From Trichoplax sp. H2 (Eukaryota), in assembly GCA_003344405.1 (NCBI GenBank), contig NOWV01000223.1:1-64000 (forward strand): DNA of 64,000 nt. Direction: 5' to 3'. Of the stretch, positions 53,601-64,000 are shown in pieces. How positions within the stretch are numbered: position 1 is the stretch's first letter; every line of letters begins with the position of its first letter. A program made the position numbers and the translations under genes. The notes beneath the pieces were generated by a model. It made no database searches. It was not told the origin of the DNA and worked only from the letters and a program-made list of their open reading frames with translations.

Positions 53601-56053
53601 AGTGTTATTATAAGATGACTTGTGAATGTTAGCTGCTGTAGAAGGGTATATAAACCCGTCAGATAGTTGAATAAAGCAGTTCTCAATTGTATAGTTGTTT
53701 TAACGTAGAATCAAAGGCGTCTAAATTCTTGTAAGTAGGGATACTGAATCCCGGAGACTATAGTAATTTAGAGATTTGTTTTACGTTATACTTGTCACGA
53801 AGTTGGTTTGTGACAACTAGATCTTTCGGGTCTCTTCTCTATCATACTGGTATAATCTATAAAGTAGAATAAGTAGGGATTTTTCAATAGTGCTCACTGT
53901 TCGTACTAATTATTTTGCATGATCAAACCTTTGATTCATAGTCTTCGATGTATTTTCTATATCAGCGTATTACAAATATTTTACCTTATTAAAATTCTTT
54001 CTGATCATTTTCAATATCTGTATAATTCTTTATTTGCTGTTTGCAGGGTATTACTATCTTCGTGTTCCATTGCGTTTTAAGTAGTGAGGTAAGATTAAAA
54101 ATTTTTAACAATAATAAGCTATTACAACTGGCTTTTGAAGTATGAAGACGCATGTTACAGTGTTATATACTGTATTACAGTAGAAATATCTATGTTAGGA
54201 TAATTCTATTAGACTATCCTTATTTAGTTAACTTCTAATTTGGATATACTGTGTTTTAATATAGTACTGACTTTTTATGACAGTNNNNNNNNNNNNNNNN
54301 NNNNTAGGTCTAACATGGCTGCTGGCTTTAATTCCGATTACAAAGCAAACCATTGTATTTACCTATCTCTCCGTCATATTAAATTCTTGCCAGGTAATAA
54401 TTTATGGATGTTACTTTTGAATAAAGTCGTATAATTGCCAATATATATGCAAGAAATACATACTAGATCTTTCGGGTCTCTTCTCTATCATACTGGTATA
54501 ATCTATAAAGTAGAATAAGTAAGGATTTTTCAATAGTGCTCACTGTTCGTACTAATTATTTTGCATGATCAAACCTTTGATTCATAGTCTTCGATGTATT
54601 TTCTATATCAGCGTATTACAAATATTTTACCTTATTAAAATTCTTTCTGATCATTTTCAATATCTGTATAATTCTTTATTTGCTGTTTGCAGGGTATTAC
54701 TATCTTCGTGTTCCATTGCGTTTTAAGTAGTGAGGTAAAATTAAAAATTTTTAACAATAATAAGCTATTACAACTGGCTTTTGAAGTATGAAGACGCAAT
54801 ATATCAGAACAAATTATCGGATATTAGAAGAATGAATTTTGTTTTTTGACGACTGTACTACACAACCAGAGAGTATGATCAATTATTAAGTGGGAAACTG
54901 AAATATATTGTCTAACAGGTTCGTCAGAAATATACGCTTTTAATATCAAGACGAAGTGCCATACAATCTTCGAATAAGGTAAATAGTATAAGGATNNNNN
55001 NNNNNNNNNNNNNNNAGTAAATGATTCCGAGGTTAATTGTATTAACTATGACTCATGAACTATTGAGAAGTAGTATATAAATGCAGTATATCGTGAAATA
55101 AAGGGAATTCTCCAACTTAGTGTTTAACGTAAAATACGAAGCGTTTAAGTCTTTGTGTAGTCTGCTAGTAGAGCAAAAGTGTTTGTGATAATGTAGATAT
55201 CGTTCTTTGATACGTGGTTCAAGGAATTGACTTATTGATCGTATATTACGTTATCTTGCTGCAAAGCTGCTTTGTGACAACGCAATATATCAGAACAAAT
55301 TGTCGGATATTAGAAGAATGAATTTTGTTTTTTGACGACTGTACTACACAACCAGAGAGTATGATCAATTAAAAAGTAGGAAACTGAAATATATTGTCTA
55401 ACAGGTTCGTCAGAAATATACGCTTTTAATATCAAGGCGAAGTGCCGTACAATCTTCGAATAAGGTAAATAGTATAAGGATAAGGTTGATTCATTATTTT
55501 ACATCAATTAAATGTAGCGATATAACGTATAAAGCGAATTAATTATATAATAAATTTTTTTAATGTTATTATTGTGATTACCAAGCTCTTTTTCTTAAAT
55601 ACGTAGGCTTCCTTATTTATTGAGGACAACGCAAACCTAAAAACTGATAATTCAGTAAAGAAAGGCAAGTCATTGTTCAAGCTATTGCATTTCTACTAGC
55701 AAATGATAATCGATGTTTAATCTCATTTATATCCTAGCAAGTATTATGATAAAATTTCTGCTTAATTAATTTAACCGAGATAGAAAATAACAAAATATAC
55801 GTCATTATTACGTAGATGATTTGAAAGTGGTACGGATAACATCGGTAAGCTTGTATTGCACTAGCCGAAAAATATTCTTAGTAAAAGGTTCCATCAATAA
55901 TATTGCGAAAATCATATAGACATGTTAGCTTTGTTTGATACTTATTAGCTTATTTGCTTATATCCCTCTCTCCGACTATGTATATAAAATATTTATGAAC
56001 AGTCCAGATCTCTGACCAACCACAAAGAAAATTATATTAATCACCCTAACTAA
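38694..56053 (+). CDS. Adhesion GPCR 2: signal peptide, C-type lectin-like domain, Ser/Thr stalk, GAIN/GPS, 7TM; multi-exon; some 3' exons appear twice around assembly gaps
   Basis: Exons 38694-38750 (MKIRFKYFIPGVMWIYSIQ), 38921-38942, CTLD 42078-42494, stalk ~42843-48680, GAIN ~48752-51019, GPS 51158-51263 (WSHSGC...CNCNHL|THFAIMFQ), 7TM ~51408-51517, ~51748-51847, ~52246-52396, ~52478-52544, ~52748-52832, 52992-53095, 53181-53307, ~54047-54088, tail ~55405-55464, 55607-55664, 55816-55844, 56003-56053. First, second and last coding exon sizes (57, 22, 51 nt) equal those of GPCR 1. Confidence 0.88.
42078..42494 (+). CDS. C-type lectin-like domain exon of adhesion GPCR 2 (no EPN/QPD)
   Basis: PCPSDW...C, YWLGLKD, C.I...PEWREEGC...FICE; RPP at the EPN position. 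Confidence 0.93.
44951..45463 (+). repeat. Stalk exon made of ~14 degenerate 33-bp (11-aa) repeats, with an in-frame TGA at 45439-45441
   Basis: SSLTAIQDNRL/SSPIAIGDSRL/SSNTGIKYGKL/SSSTAIKNNKL...; CAG acceptor at 44948-44950, donor G|GTAAAA at 45463; 513 nt, phase 1-1. Confidence 0.85.
47902..48535 (+). mobile_element. Solo-LTR-like element, family B (longer, more diverged variant), intronic
   Basis: TGTTACAG...GTAACT; perfect TSD ATTCA (47897-47901, 48536-48540); TATATAAAA. Confidence 0.85.
53381..53815 (+). mobile_element. Solo-LTR-like element, family A, intronic; empty site present at ~54462
   Basis: TGTCAC...GTGACA; TSD ACTGG/ACTAG; GGGTATATAAA followed by AATAAA; duplicate block reads ...acat ACTAG atcttt without the element. 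Confidence 0.93.
54153..55279 (+). mobile_element. Family B element split by two assembly gaps; empty site present at ~54794
   Basis: 5' end TGTTACAG at 54153, 3' end GTGACA at 55279, perfect TSD ACGCA (54148-54152, 55280-55284). True length unknown. Confidence 0.85.
54305..54995 (+). other. Gap-flanked near-identical copy of the GPCR 2 TM6-helix 8 region (probable alternate haplotype contig)
   Basis: Duplicates ~53219-54152 and ~55280-55480 with a few SNPs, minus both insertions; bounded by N runs on both sides. Confidence 0.85.
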
Positions 56054-56095
56054 AGAGCTTTCGTGAAACAAAGAGAGAAGCTAGATTTTGTTTAT

Positions 56096-57159
56096 TGTCA
56101 CGGTAGTGAATCTACCGTAATGAATGATATCTTACTTAATTTAGACATGTATACGTATCACGATAAGATAGTTATTGATTTGGATATGTGCATGAATTAT
56201 TTTATGACTTAATATAGCCGATACAAACCTATTCCTGATACAGGTTAAATTATACTAAATATAGTATATGAATTGTCAATGGTAAATTTAATATAAATCC
56301 TGTTAATTATAAGCTAGAGCAAATATAAAGTTAATCTATAGTAATATTACAAATTAATTGGATTAGACTAGCAGTAATTTAATGCATTCACGAAGTCTTA
56401 TTGGTCGAAATATATCACACATCGTAAGCCGGTTTTATGGCTAGAAAAGCTATTTAAATGATTGATTTTGAATATTAAATTAGACTTGTGTAATGTAACT
56501 TAGTATTGTGATTGTAGACTGTTTGCCATGTGTAGTATAATGTACGGTAGATACTTATCCTAAGAGATATTTGGTAGCTATAACTATAGACTGTAGTGGT
56601 AGAGACTTTATGCTAGAGTACAGATGACTATATACAGTAAGCTGTTGAGTTACTAATATGGCTATAAGTAAAAATAGAACTGTAAATCAGACATTAGGAT
56701 ATGGTTAATTCATTGTACTTTGGCTGGTGTGAATAATGTCTACGTAAGTACTGTAGTCGTATCCATATTGGATTAATGATGGTCCGCAGTAGAATAGTCT
56801 TACTAAGAATAATTTAACTATGTGTAAAATAAGGTAAAAGGTTGCCATGCGGATTGTAGCTGCGAATGCTACGAAAAGTATAAAAGCATGCAACTTTAGA
56901 TTATTCTGTTAGTTCGTTGTAGAAGTCTTTAGAAGTAGTATTCGGCTAAAGTAGAGCTGTGTGTAGTTGATCTTTGCATAAGATTCAATAAAGCCCTTAT
57001 TTTTCTAAAATTTGGAATTTCGTGATTGGTATATATCACAACTTGCATTTTCTAGAATAAAGATATAGTTAGAAGAATCAGAAAGTGCATTTCTCAGATA
57101 TTGTTACTTATCTAGGGTAATCTAATTAGTTTAGATTAGGCAAGTGTAGTTAAGTAACA
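56096..57159 (+). mobile_element. Solo-LTR-like element, family C, carrying a nested family D copy
   Basis: TGTCACGGTAG...GTAACA; flanks GTTTA(T)/GTTTA(C); matches 1212-1718. Confidence 0.88.
56489..57040 (+). mobile_element. Solo-LTR-like element, family D, nested in family C
   Basis: TGTAATG...ATCACA; perfect TSD ACTTG (56484-56488, 57041-57045); a single ACTTG at the homologous site (~1600) of the uninterrupted C copy. Confidence 0.93.
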
Positions 57160-59596
57160 GTTTACAATACTTTAAATGAATAAAACTAAGTAAGTTGGCT
57201 ATTACCTTTAATATTATTGTCTGCAAGGATTCAATATGTTTGGTATTTTATGGCACTGATTTATTTCATACGGTAGCTGTTTCATAAACTGTAGTTTATA
57301 ACATCCTATAGGATCAAGTAGAATTAACCTTGCAGATACTTTCAGCTAAATTATTGTATATGTATTATGGTGTATATGTGACTCCATGCTAATTACATTT
57401 TTAATGACAAATGATAAGCTAATGGAGATTGTAATAATTTAAAAAGTATGGACAGAAAATAGATTAATAAAAAATAGATGCAATTTTTTGCAACAATCGC
57501 AGCACACTCTATTTGATAGTCATAATAGATAAACGCTAATGCGAGACTTGAAAGCTGAAAATGCTATCGGATAATAATTGAAATATATAGAAATCTATCG
57601 TATCTCATTTGCAAGAAATATTTTGATAATTAATTTATTTGATGTCAAACAATTTTCTTGCAGACATAATTGTCTAAGCTGCGATGGTGCAAAGCTAGAA
57701 GAATTATTGCTTCATTATGAAAAGGCTATTTAGACTATAAACCGGATAATTTAACGCACACACTTTACCGCATTGTATTAATTTTACGCTGCATAGGATT
57801 GAATGCTGTAAATATTTAGTCCACCCTTGTTGTATTAAAACAGGTACATTACAGCATTAGTTTAATTTTACGGTGTATAGGATTGAACACTGCAAAGTAT
57901 TTAATTCAAGTCCATAATATCAAATTCATATTGACATTGTTTTCATCCTATACTACACATTGCACAGAAATAAATTGTCTACGTTAAATTGTCCTAGACC
58001 TAGATGGACCAAGTCCTAGCGTATACGATCAGAAGCTTCTTCGTAGAATGGTACTTTACCACATAATGTCGGGTTGTCATGCATTACGTTTCTTGATGTA
58101 ACTTATAAAATGGTACATATACTCGTATGTAACAACGAGAGTATTGTAATCGACGTACAAATTACTTTTCCTACAGGATATCGTAGATATCGACAAGAAA
58201 TAGTTATAGTTATTTTAAGCTTCATGATAACGTATTAATGTAGTAGACATGTACAATCATTATTCCATTACTAATCTACATAAAATATCCAACTTAATGA
58301 AAATAGTAATTGCAAATAATTAATTTTGACCAGAATAATTCATCATGGGCAATTAAATAATCATTTATACATCTATCTTTAAGGAGGCATGCTCGCACCT
58401 TATTTGAATATCATGGAGCTTATTATGCAATTTAAAATAAGGTGATATGTACTAAATGTTTACCAGGGTGGAAAATCTTCCTAAATTTCCGATTAGTTAT
58501 GGATTATATACCAGCATTCTTGCAAACATAGACATGTTTATGTATCTATATGCACGACTTTATTGACTTACCAAGCATGATAATATTTTTCAATTCATAG
58601 CTAGTTGTATTATGAATACGAGTATACAATTACATTTCTTATACTTGCCAAACCCATCTTTTCGCTGAAAAAATCCGGCAAGCTTTACATGATCTTCGAT
58701 ACAATCATCGATTGCAATCTAGTGTCCAGTATTTGATCTTCTTCGATAAAGAATATTCCAATTGTATAAAGCCCTGAAAATATGAGGTGAAACTTGAGGT
58801 ACCTTCTATCTTGATTATTATTCAAGTGCTAATAACTTAGTGCATAGACGTAATTTATCTCATTTGTCGATATCAGCGGCGAAAAGCTTTATCTTAAATC
58901 ACTATTTACTTTGATTTAAAATGAATTACAGTGAAGCTTTATCTGGATAAATATGTTTGAAGCCGTTAATACTTTAGTCAATCAATCAAAAACCAATTAA
59001 AAAGTTTAATAGAATTTTGGGAAATACTTTAGACAATCATGTTTAAAATTTAAAAAATGTTAGTCTGATCCATTTTGCAAATGTAGAGAATATTAACACA
59101 CTAGTAATCGAATACTATTGAACTTCCCTAATCATCTTTTAGTTATAGTTATGTACGATGCTACGATACACTTATAAGACTGTACGTTGAATACGATGTA
59201 TTACTATATATAGCATTAATACAATTATATTGCTATTGTGTGTTTACTTAATTTCGATATTACCTGAATTTGGTAAAGTACAAACTTGCTATTATCACAT
59301 GTTGCATAATAATAATCGTGATTGATTATTTATAGTATTCTACACAAATAATATTCTACACTTGATAATTCAGCATGTTAATGTGGATTGTGTTGCGTAC
59401 ACTAAGGAATCTACTGTTGCACAAACTTGCAATAGCATTGCGTTATAAGTGTGAACGGCGTACGTATATAAACCGCCGTTTTCAATACGATAAAGAGAGA
59501 ATAGGAGTTAGAAGTAATTTTTACAAAAGCTTCAACTATATGTTCATTTTCTTGACTTATGCTAATTGAGAATAGTACGATCCTTGAATACGGTTG

Positions 59597-60190
59597 TGTA
59601 AAGCAACTCAGTGTTGCGATTATAGACTTATAGCCATGCTTAGTATGACGTACAGTAGTCTTTTCTTATATTGGGAAAATTAACGATATGTCCCTATATT
59701 CTATATTTTTATCTTATGATATATTTAGTAGCCCATAATTATAAACTTTAGGGATAGACTCTATGCTAAAGTACAGATTACTACATACAGTAAAATTTTG
59801 AGCTACTAATAAGGTTACAGTTAGAAATGGAATTGTAAATCATATATTAGGATTTCTTAGTTCATTGTACTTTGAGCGGTAGGAATAATATCTACAAAAA
59901 TAATGTTATCATTTCATATTGGATTAACAATGGTTTACTATAAAATATTGTGACTAATGAAAAGGTGAATATGTGTAAAAATATAGTAGAATACTGCTAT
60001 GCTGATTGTAGCTGCTAAGGATACGAAGAGTATAAAAGCAGGAGACATTAGATTATCTAATTTTCCTAGAAGTCTTTCCAAAATTTTATTCGGCTATAGT
60101 AGAGCTGTGAGTAGCTAGTATTTGTATCAGATCTAATAAAGTTTTAATTTTCTACAACTTTGGAATTTTCGTGATAGAATTTTTATCCCA
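59597..60190 (+). mobile_element. Diverged family D element
   Basis: TGTAAAGC...ATCCCA; perfect TSD GGTTG (59592-59596, 60191-60195); colinear with 56489-57040. Confidence 0.8.
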
Positions 60191-60360
60191 GGTTGTTAGT
60201 GTTAACTCTAGATAGTAAGATAGTAATACACAACAATATGATCAAATTTTAATTATCTTCTGAATTTACAATCGACGGATAAATCCATTATATCATCATT
60301 ACTTGGACCGGAGGATATTATCAGTACGGTTTAAATCGTTAAATTGCATGTCCTATGCGT

Positions 60361-61285
60361 TATTGTAATGTATGATATAACTCGCCGCGAAGAACGAGTA
60401 ACGTGTGAGTAATGTGCTGAGCCTCGTTCGTTTAATTGGTTATTTATTAGTCATTGCCAATTAAAGTTGTTTCCTAGTTGTATCTACAGTAAACTGTACA
60501 GTTTATTAAGGGCTGTTTCCCTACCCGAACGTGTAATACTGAATTACTTCTAACCCTACAGTATCTAGTCACTCAAGGAGATTTACCCTATCTGTAGTGG
60601 TCAAAAATAGTTTATGATTTAAAATATTATTGTTAAATTTTACAGTAGTAGTATGTTTACCCTATCCCTATTTCAGTCAATTCAAGCAATATCTTATTTT
60701 AGCTTCGTATACTACTTCTTATTCTAAATTATATTTATTTAATATGGGCCTTGCGAGTGCAAGACCCCAAGATAGGTATTATTGTCATCCCTCACTTTGG
60801 GCCAATCATACGTCATTTACTCAGACGTACCGGTGTCACTTATCAAGGCGGCATACAGTCCCAATTGACCGCACTATACCACTAACCTCCTTAGCGCTAT
60901 CCACTAGGCCTATAACACCTGATAGAGTGCCTCTAGCACCGCTAATCTACTATCTTATTTATTCGGAGCTCAACATAGTCTAGTTTTCCAATAGAACCAT
61001 GTAAATGTTATGTTGCTTAATTACTATGTGTGCACCACAAGTTTGGTGGTAGGGTATAAAAGGAGGAACGAATACTCAGCTCCTTAGTTCGTGATTAGAT
61101 AGTGTTTCGGCCACTCTATTAATAAAACTATACTAAACTCTTAGAACACTCTTATGCCTGTATGAGCATAAGTAGTATAGGACTACTACTGTTACCTACC
61201 ACACAGTAGACCTCCAGGTGTAGTGGAGATAGAAATAAGTAATCTATTAGTTTAGACTAGTAGTTCGTAAGTTACGTTTGTGATG
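60361..61285 (+). mobile_element. LTR-like element, family E, with ~580 bp extra internal segment (~60412-60993)
   Basis: Both ends match the reverse complement of 31938-32816; possible TSD TGCGT/TGCAT; GGGTATAAAAG and AATAAA present. Confidence 0.65.
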
Positions 61286-61349
61286 TGCATCTGCTCTGAA
61301 TGCTTACAGCAATTACTTCTTAAATGGCTAAAATACTTTTTCTTCTTTC

Positions 61350-63950
61350 TATTTCTTTACGGTAATAATAGAATAAATCTATAATAATACCTATTTTGAT
61401 CTAGTCTAATTTATATCTCAAATTTTAGTGTGCTAGCACTTCATGGTGGTATAATATTACACATAAATAAATTTTACCATAACTGGGCAATTACTACTAA
61501 TGAATACCACCTGATGTATTACTATCACATTAGCCCTATAAAATGATAAGAATGCTCGGATTCAATATCTTTTAAAGCTACAGTTAACTAACAGGAAATT
61601 TATGGAAGTTATAAGAAAATCTTTTAGCTGCCTTTTATAAATCCTTAACATAGTCCGTACAGATTGTCTACTATCGCTATGTAAGCAATTTAAGGAAGTC
61701 CTGAGTAGTCATGATGAATAAAGAGTTCATTTAGATAAAATAGTACAATGGGAGTGTTAATCTATTGTCATTTCAATCAAGTTGTTTATCATACTAGTTT
61801 TTTATGTCAAATTCAAACAAACATGGAAGAAATCCACTTGAATATGTATCTGCCAGGACATAAATTGAAATGTAGTGATACTATAATAATATCGCATGTG
61901 TCTCGAGAAAAGTGAATAAAGCGATGTTATTGTTCTTAGGAGTTGATCTATATCTTACTGTAAAATAGAACCTTGAAATTTGATACGTGAGATGTTCTTT
62001 ATGATAGATGAGATCACTGTCAGTAACGACTATAATTTTTTGGACTGACCCAATTAACTTTTAACTTGATGAGGTAAACAATTAACGTCAATAACATTAT
62101 ATTGAGACGTAACTTGTTCGATTTAATCATTTCTCTAAAATACATTGAAATTAGAATAAAATTTTAACCAGATATTTTTAGCAACAATCAAGTATCATCT
62201 TACGTAACAATAACACGATCATAAAAGTCAATAAAGCTCAGCGTGATTTGAATAATCAGATACACCTGCTTGTCGCATATGCACCTGCTTGTCATCAACT
62301 TGATATTATAGTCAATTGAATAGAATTTCATTCATGGTTATGACGTTAATAAATCATATCATTAGCAACTAGATTCTTGTTCAGTAACAACTATTCATTC
62401 GGATATGGATGGAGATATACTAAAACCTCAGTTAAAATACAACGTCTCCTGTATAAACATGAGCTACATAGAATCGCCACCATAGACATTGATTATGTTA
62501 GAATAATTGATTTCATACCTTCACTTATATGGGTAAAGATAGTCTATCAATGCATACATAATATTTTTTAATGAGTCATTTAATAATCTAATCATTTACA
62601 GCAACGAGCCTAGAAATTCTACAATACTTTAGAAACTTTGATAATAATTGAGGAAGAAATTACTATAGGGTTTGTCGATACCAATACGCTGAAAATGTGC
62701 GTATAATCTTTAACATAGAGGCTCAATCGATTGGTTTACCGTGAGAAAAATATTCAGAAGCTAAGGAAAGAAATACTAGCAAATTTAATAGAGTTGATTT
62801 AAGACGATTACGCCAGAGGGATCAGTAAAAAGAACTTTACGTACAATTTGGTGAGTTATTGAATATTTGATAGCTAAAAATCTGAAAAGTAGCGTACATA
62901 TTTTCGTTTTCAGTTGATTTTTCATTTTCATCTTGAATACATAACAACAAAACAATACAAAATAGTAACATCAGGTAAAATAGATTTTACCGATTATAAT
63001 CATAGAATATCACAATTGACTATTTTGACGAAGAATATTCAAAGACGCATACGTTACTCTACCATATCTCCATCGCCAAATTATTTTGTCCGTATAGCTT
63101 TCTATTTCGATTACTTTATAACTTGTTCCATACTTAAAATGATATAGTAAAATGATACAGAAATCGTGAATGATTTATTAGTTACAATCCTTCGTCACCC
63201 TTTAAAATAAGAAAGAAAAAACTTAACTTATTACCCTAAATATCGGCCGTTTACTGGGTATTGGTATTCAAATATTTAATGAGCCATAAGGATCATAGAT
63301 CGATAAGATATCGTTTAACTTGCATAGGTAATAAAGGTTGACACAGGTTGTTATATAGCAGTAATCATAAATAAAAGTCGTTTAAAATATCATCGAGTTA
63401 TCGCTGATTCTACTATAGTTAATATAATTTCATGACAAAAACATACTATAGCATATTAGTTGGGATTACTGTTGCATTAAGTAAGCTCCATTGTGAGTAA
63501 AATGTAAGGGATAGAGATAAATCCTCGTTCTCATTTTTAAAAAATTTTTGGCATAATGAATTTACGTATATTCCTTAATCGAATATGATTTATTTTCCTT
63601 AAACTGCCAAGAAAGCTATTCGTTATAATGCTACTTTTACTTATTCTTCCTCGTTGCCAAATTTGATAATTTAAATTTGTGAAGGAAACCCAGAAATTAA
63701 CTATTCTATCTAGATATCGTCGCTAACAAAGTTACAGCTACTAAAATAGAGCGTATATATATACAGATTGTTACTTGAAGTAAAAACGTTGTTAGTGATT
63801 AATTCTTTAGCATAAAGAGCTATAAATATAATGAGTCTAAAAATATCAACTAATTCAGGCAACGCCCAATGTTTTAGTTACTTTAGAATTGAATTGAAAT
63901 AAATAAGTGTTGCTCGATTACTGTGAAATTTTATTTAATGCCTTTCATAT
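61350..63950 (-). pseudogene. Decayed cadherin-repeat gene remnant, copy 2
   Basis: Minus-strand fragments KGDEGL, YNVIDVNCL, IIVVTDSDLIYHKEHLTYQI...IDQLLRTIT, IPP*SASTL; colinear with ~33620-36180. Confidence 0.6.
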
Positions 63951-64000
63951 CAATACTATACAGAAAATTAAACCGCTAGTTGAAACACTAAAATTAATTG

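Noticed and set aside
36460..53815. Two same-orientation family A copies as paired LTRs of one 17-kb element
   Set aside because: Each copy has its own TSD and the interval is the GPCR 2 gene.
54305..54995. True tandem duplication of TM6-TM7 exons allowing mutually exclusive splicing
   Set aside because: Block is bounded by N gaps, starts mid-exon, is nearly identical and sits inside a split element; better explained as an alternate haplotype.
58000..58800. Coding-like minus-strand fragments (GLYTIGIFFIEEDQ..., LPMMNYS)
   Set aside because: Possibly another pseudogene, but too degenerate to assign.
60630..60983. 117-aa ORF
   Set aside because: Non-ATG start, inside the extra segment of a family E element, no recognisable domain or splice context.

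Overview
AT-rich eukaryotic (animal) genomic DNA with many short GT-AG introns and two assembly gaps (54285-54304, 54996-55015). Base composition, intron size and gene content would fit an early-branching metazoan such as a placozoan (inference only). The window holds a + strand tandem array of adhesion-class (family B2) GPCR genes: the 3' end of one paralogue (132-~1050) and two complete genes (8935-30364 and 38694-56053). Each complete gene has a split signal peptide, one C-type lectin domain, a Ser/Thr-rich stalk built from small phase-1 exons, GAIN/GPS with an HL|T cleavage site, and an ADGRD/GPR133-like 7TM. Introns and spacers carry about 15 copies of five or more families of 430-630 bp TG...CA elements with 5-bp target-site duplications (solo-LTR-like). 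Several are nested, two appear as both filled and empty sites, and the families share terminal hairpins despite unrelated sequence. There are also MITE-like inverted repeats and decayed remnants of cadherin-, Ig/FN3- and vWA-type genes. Exon models were built by eye; stalk exon boundaries are approximate.
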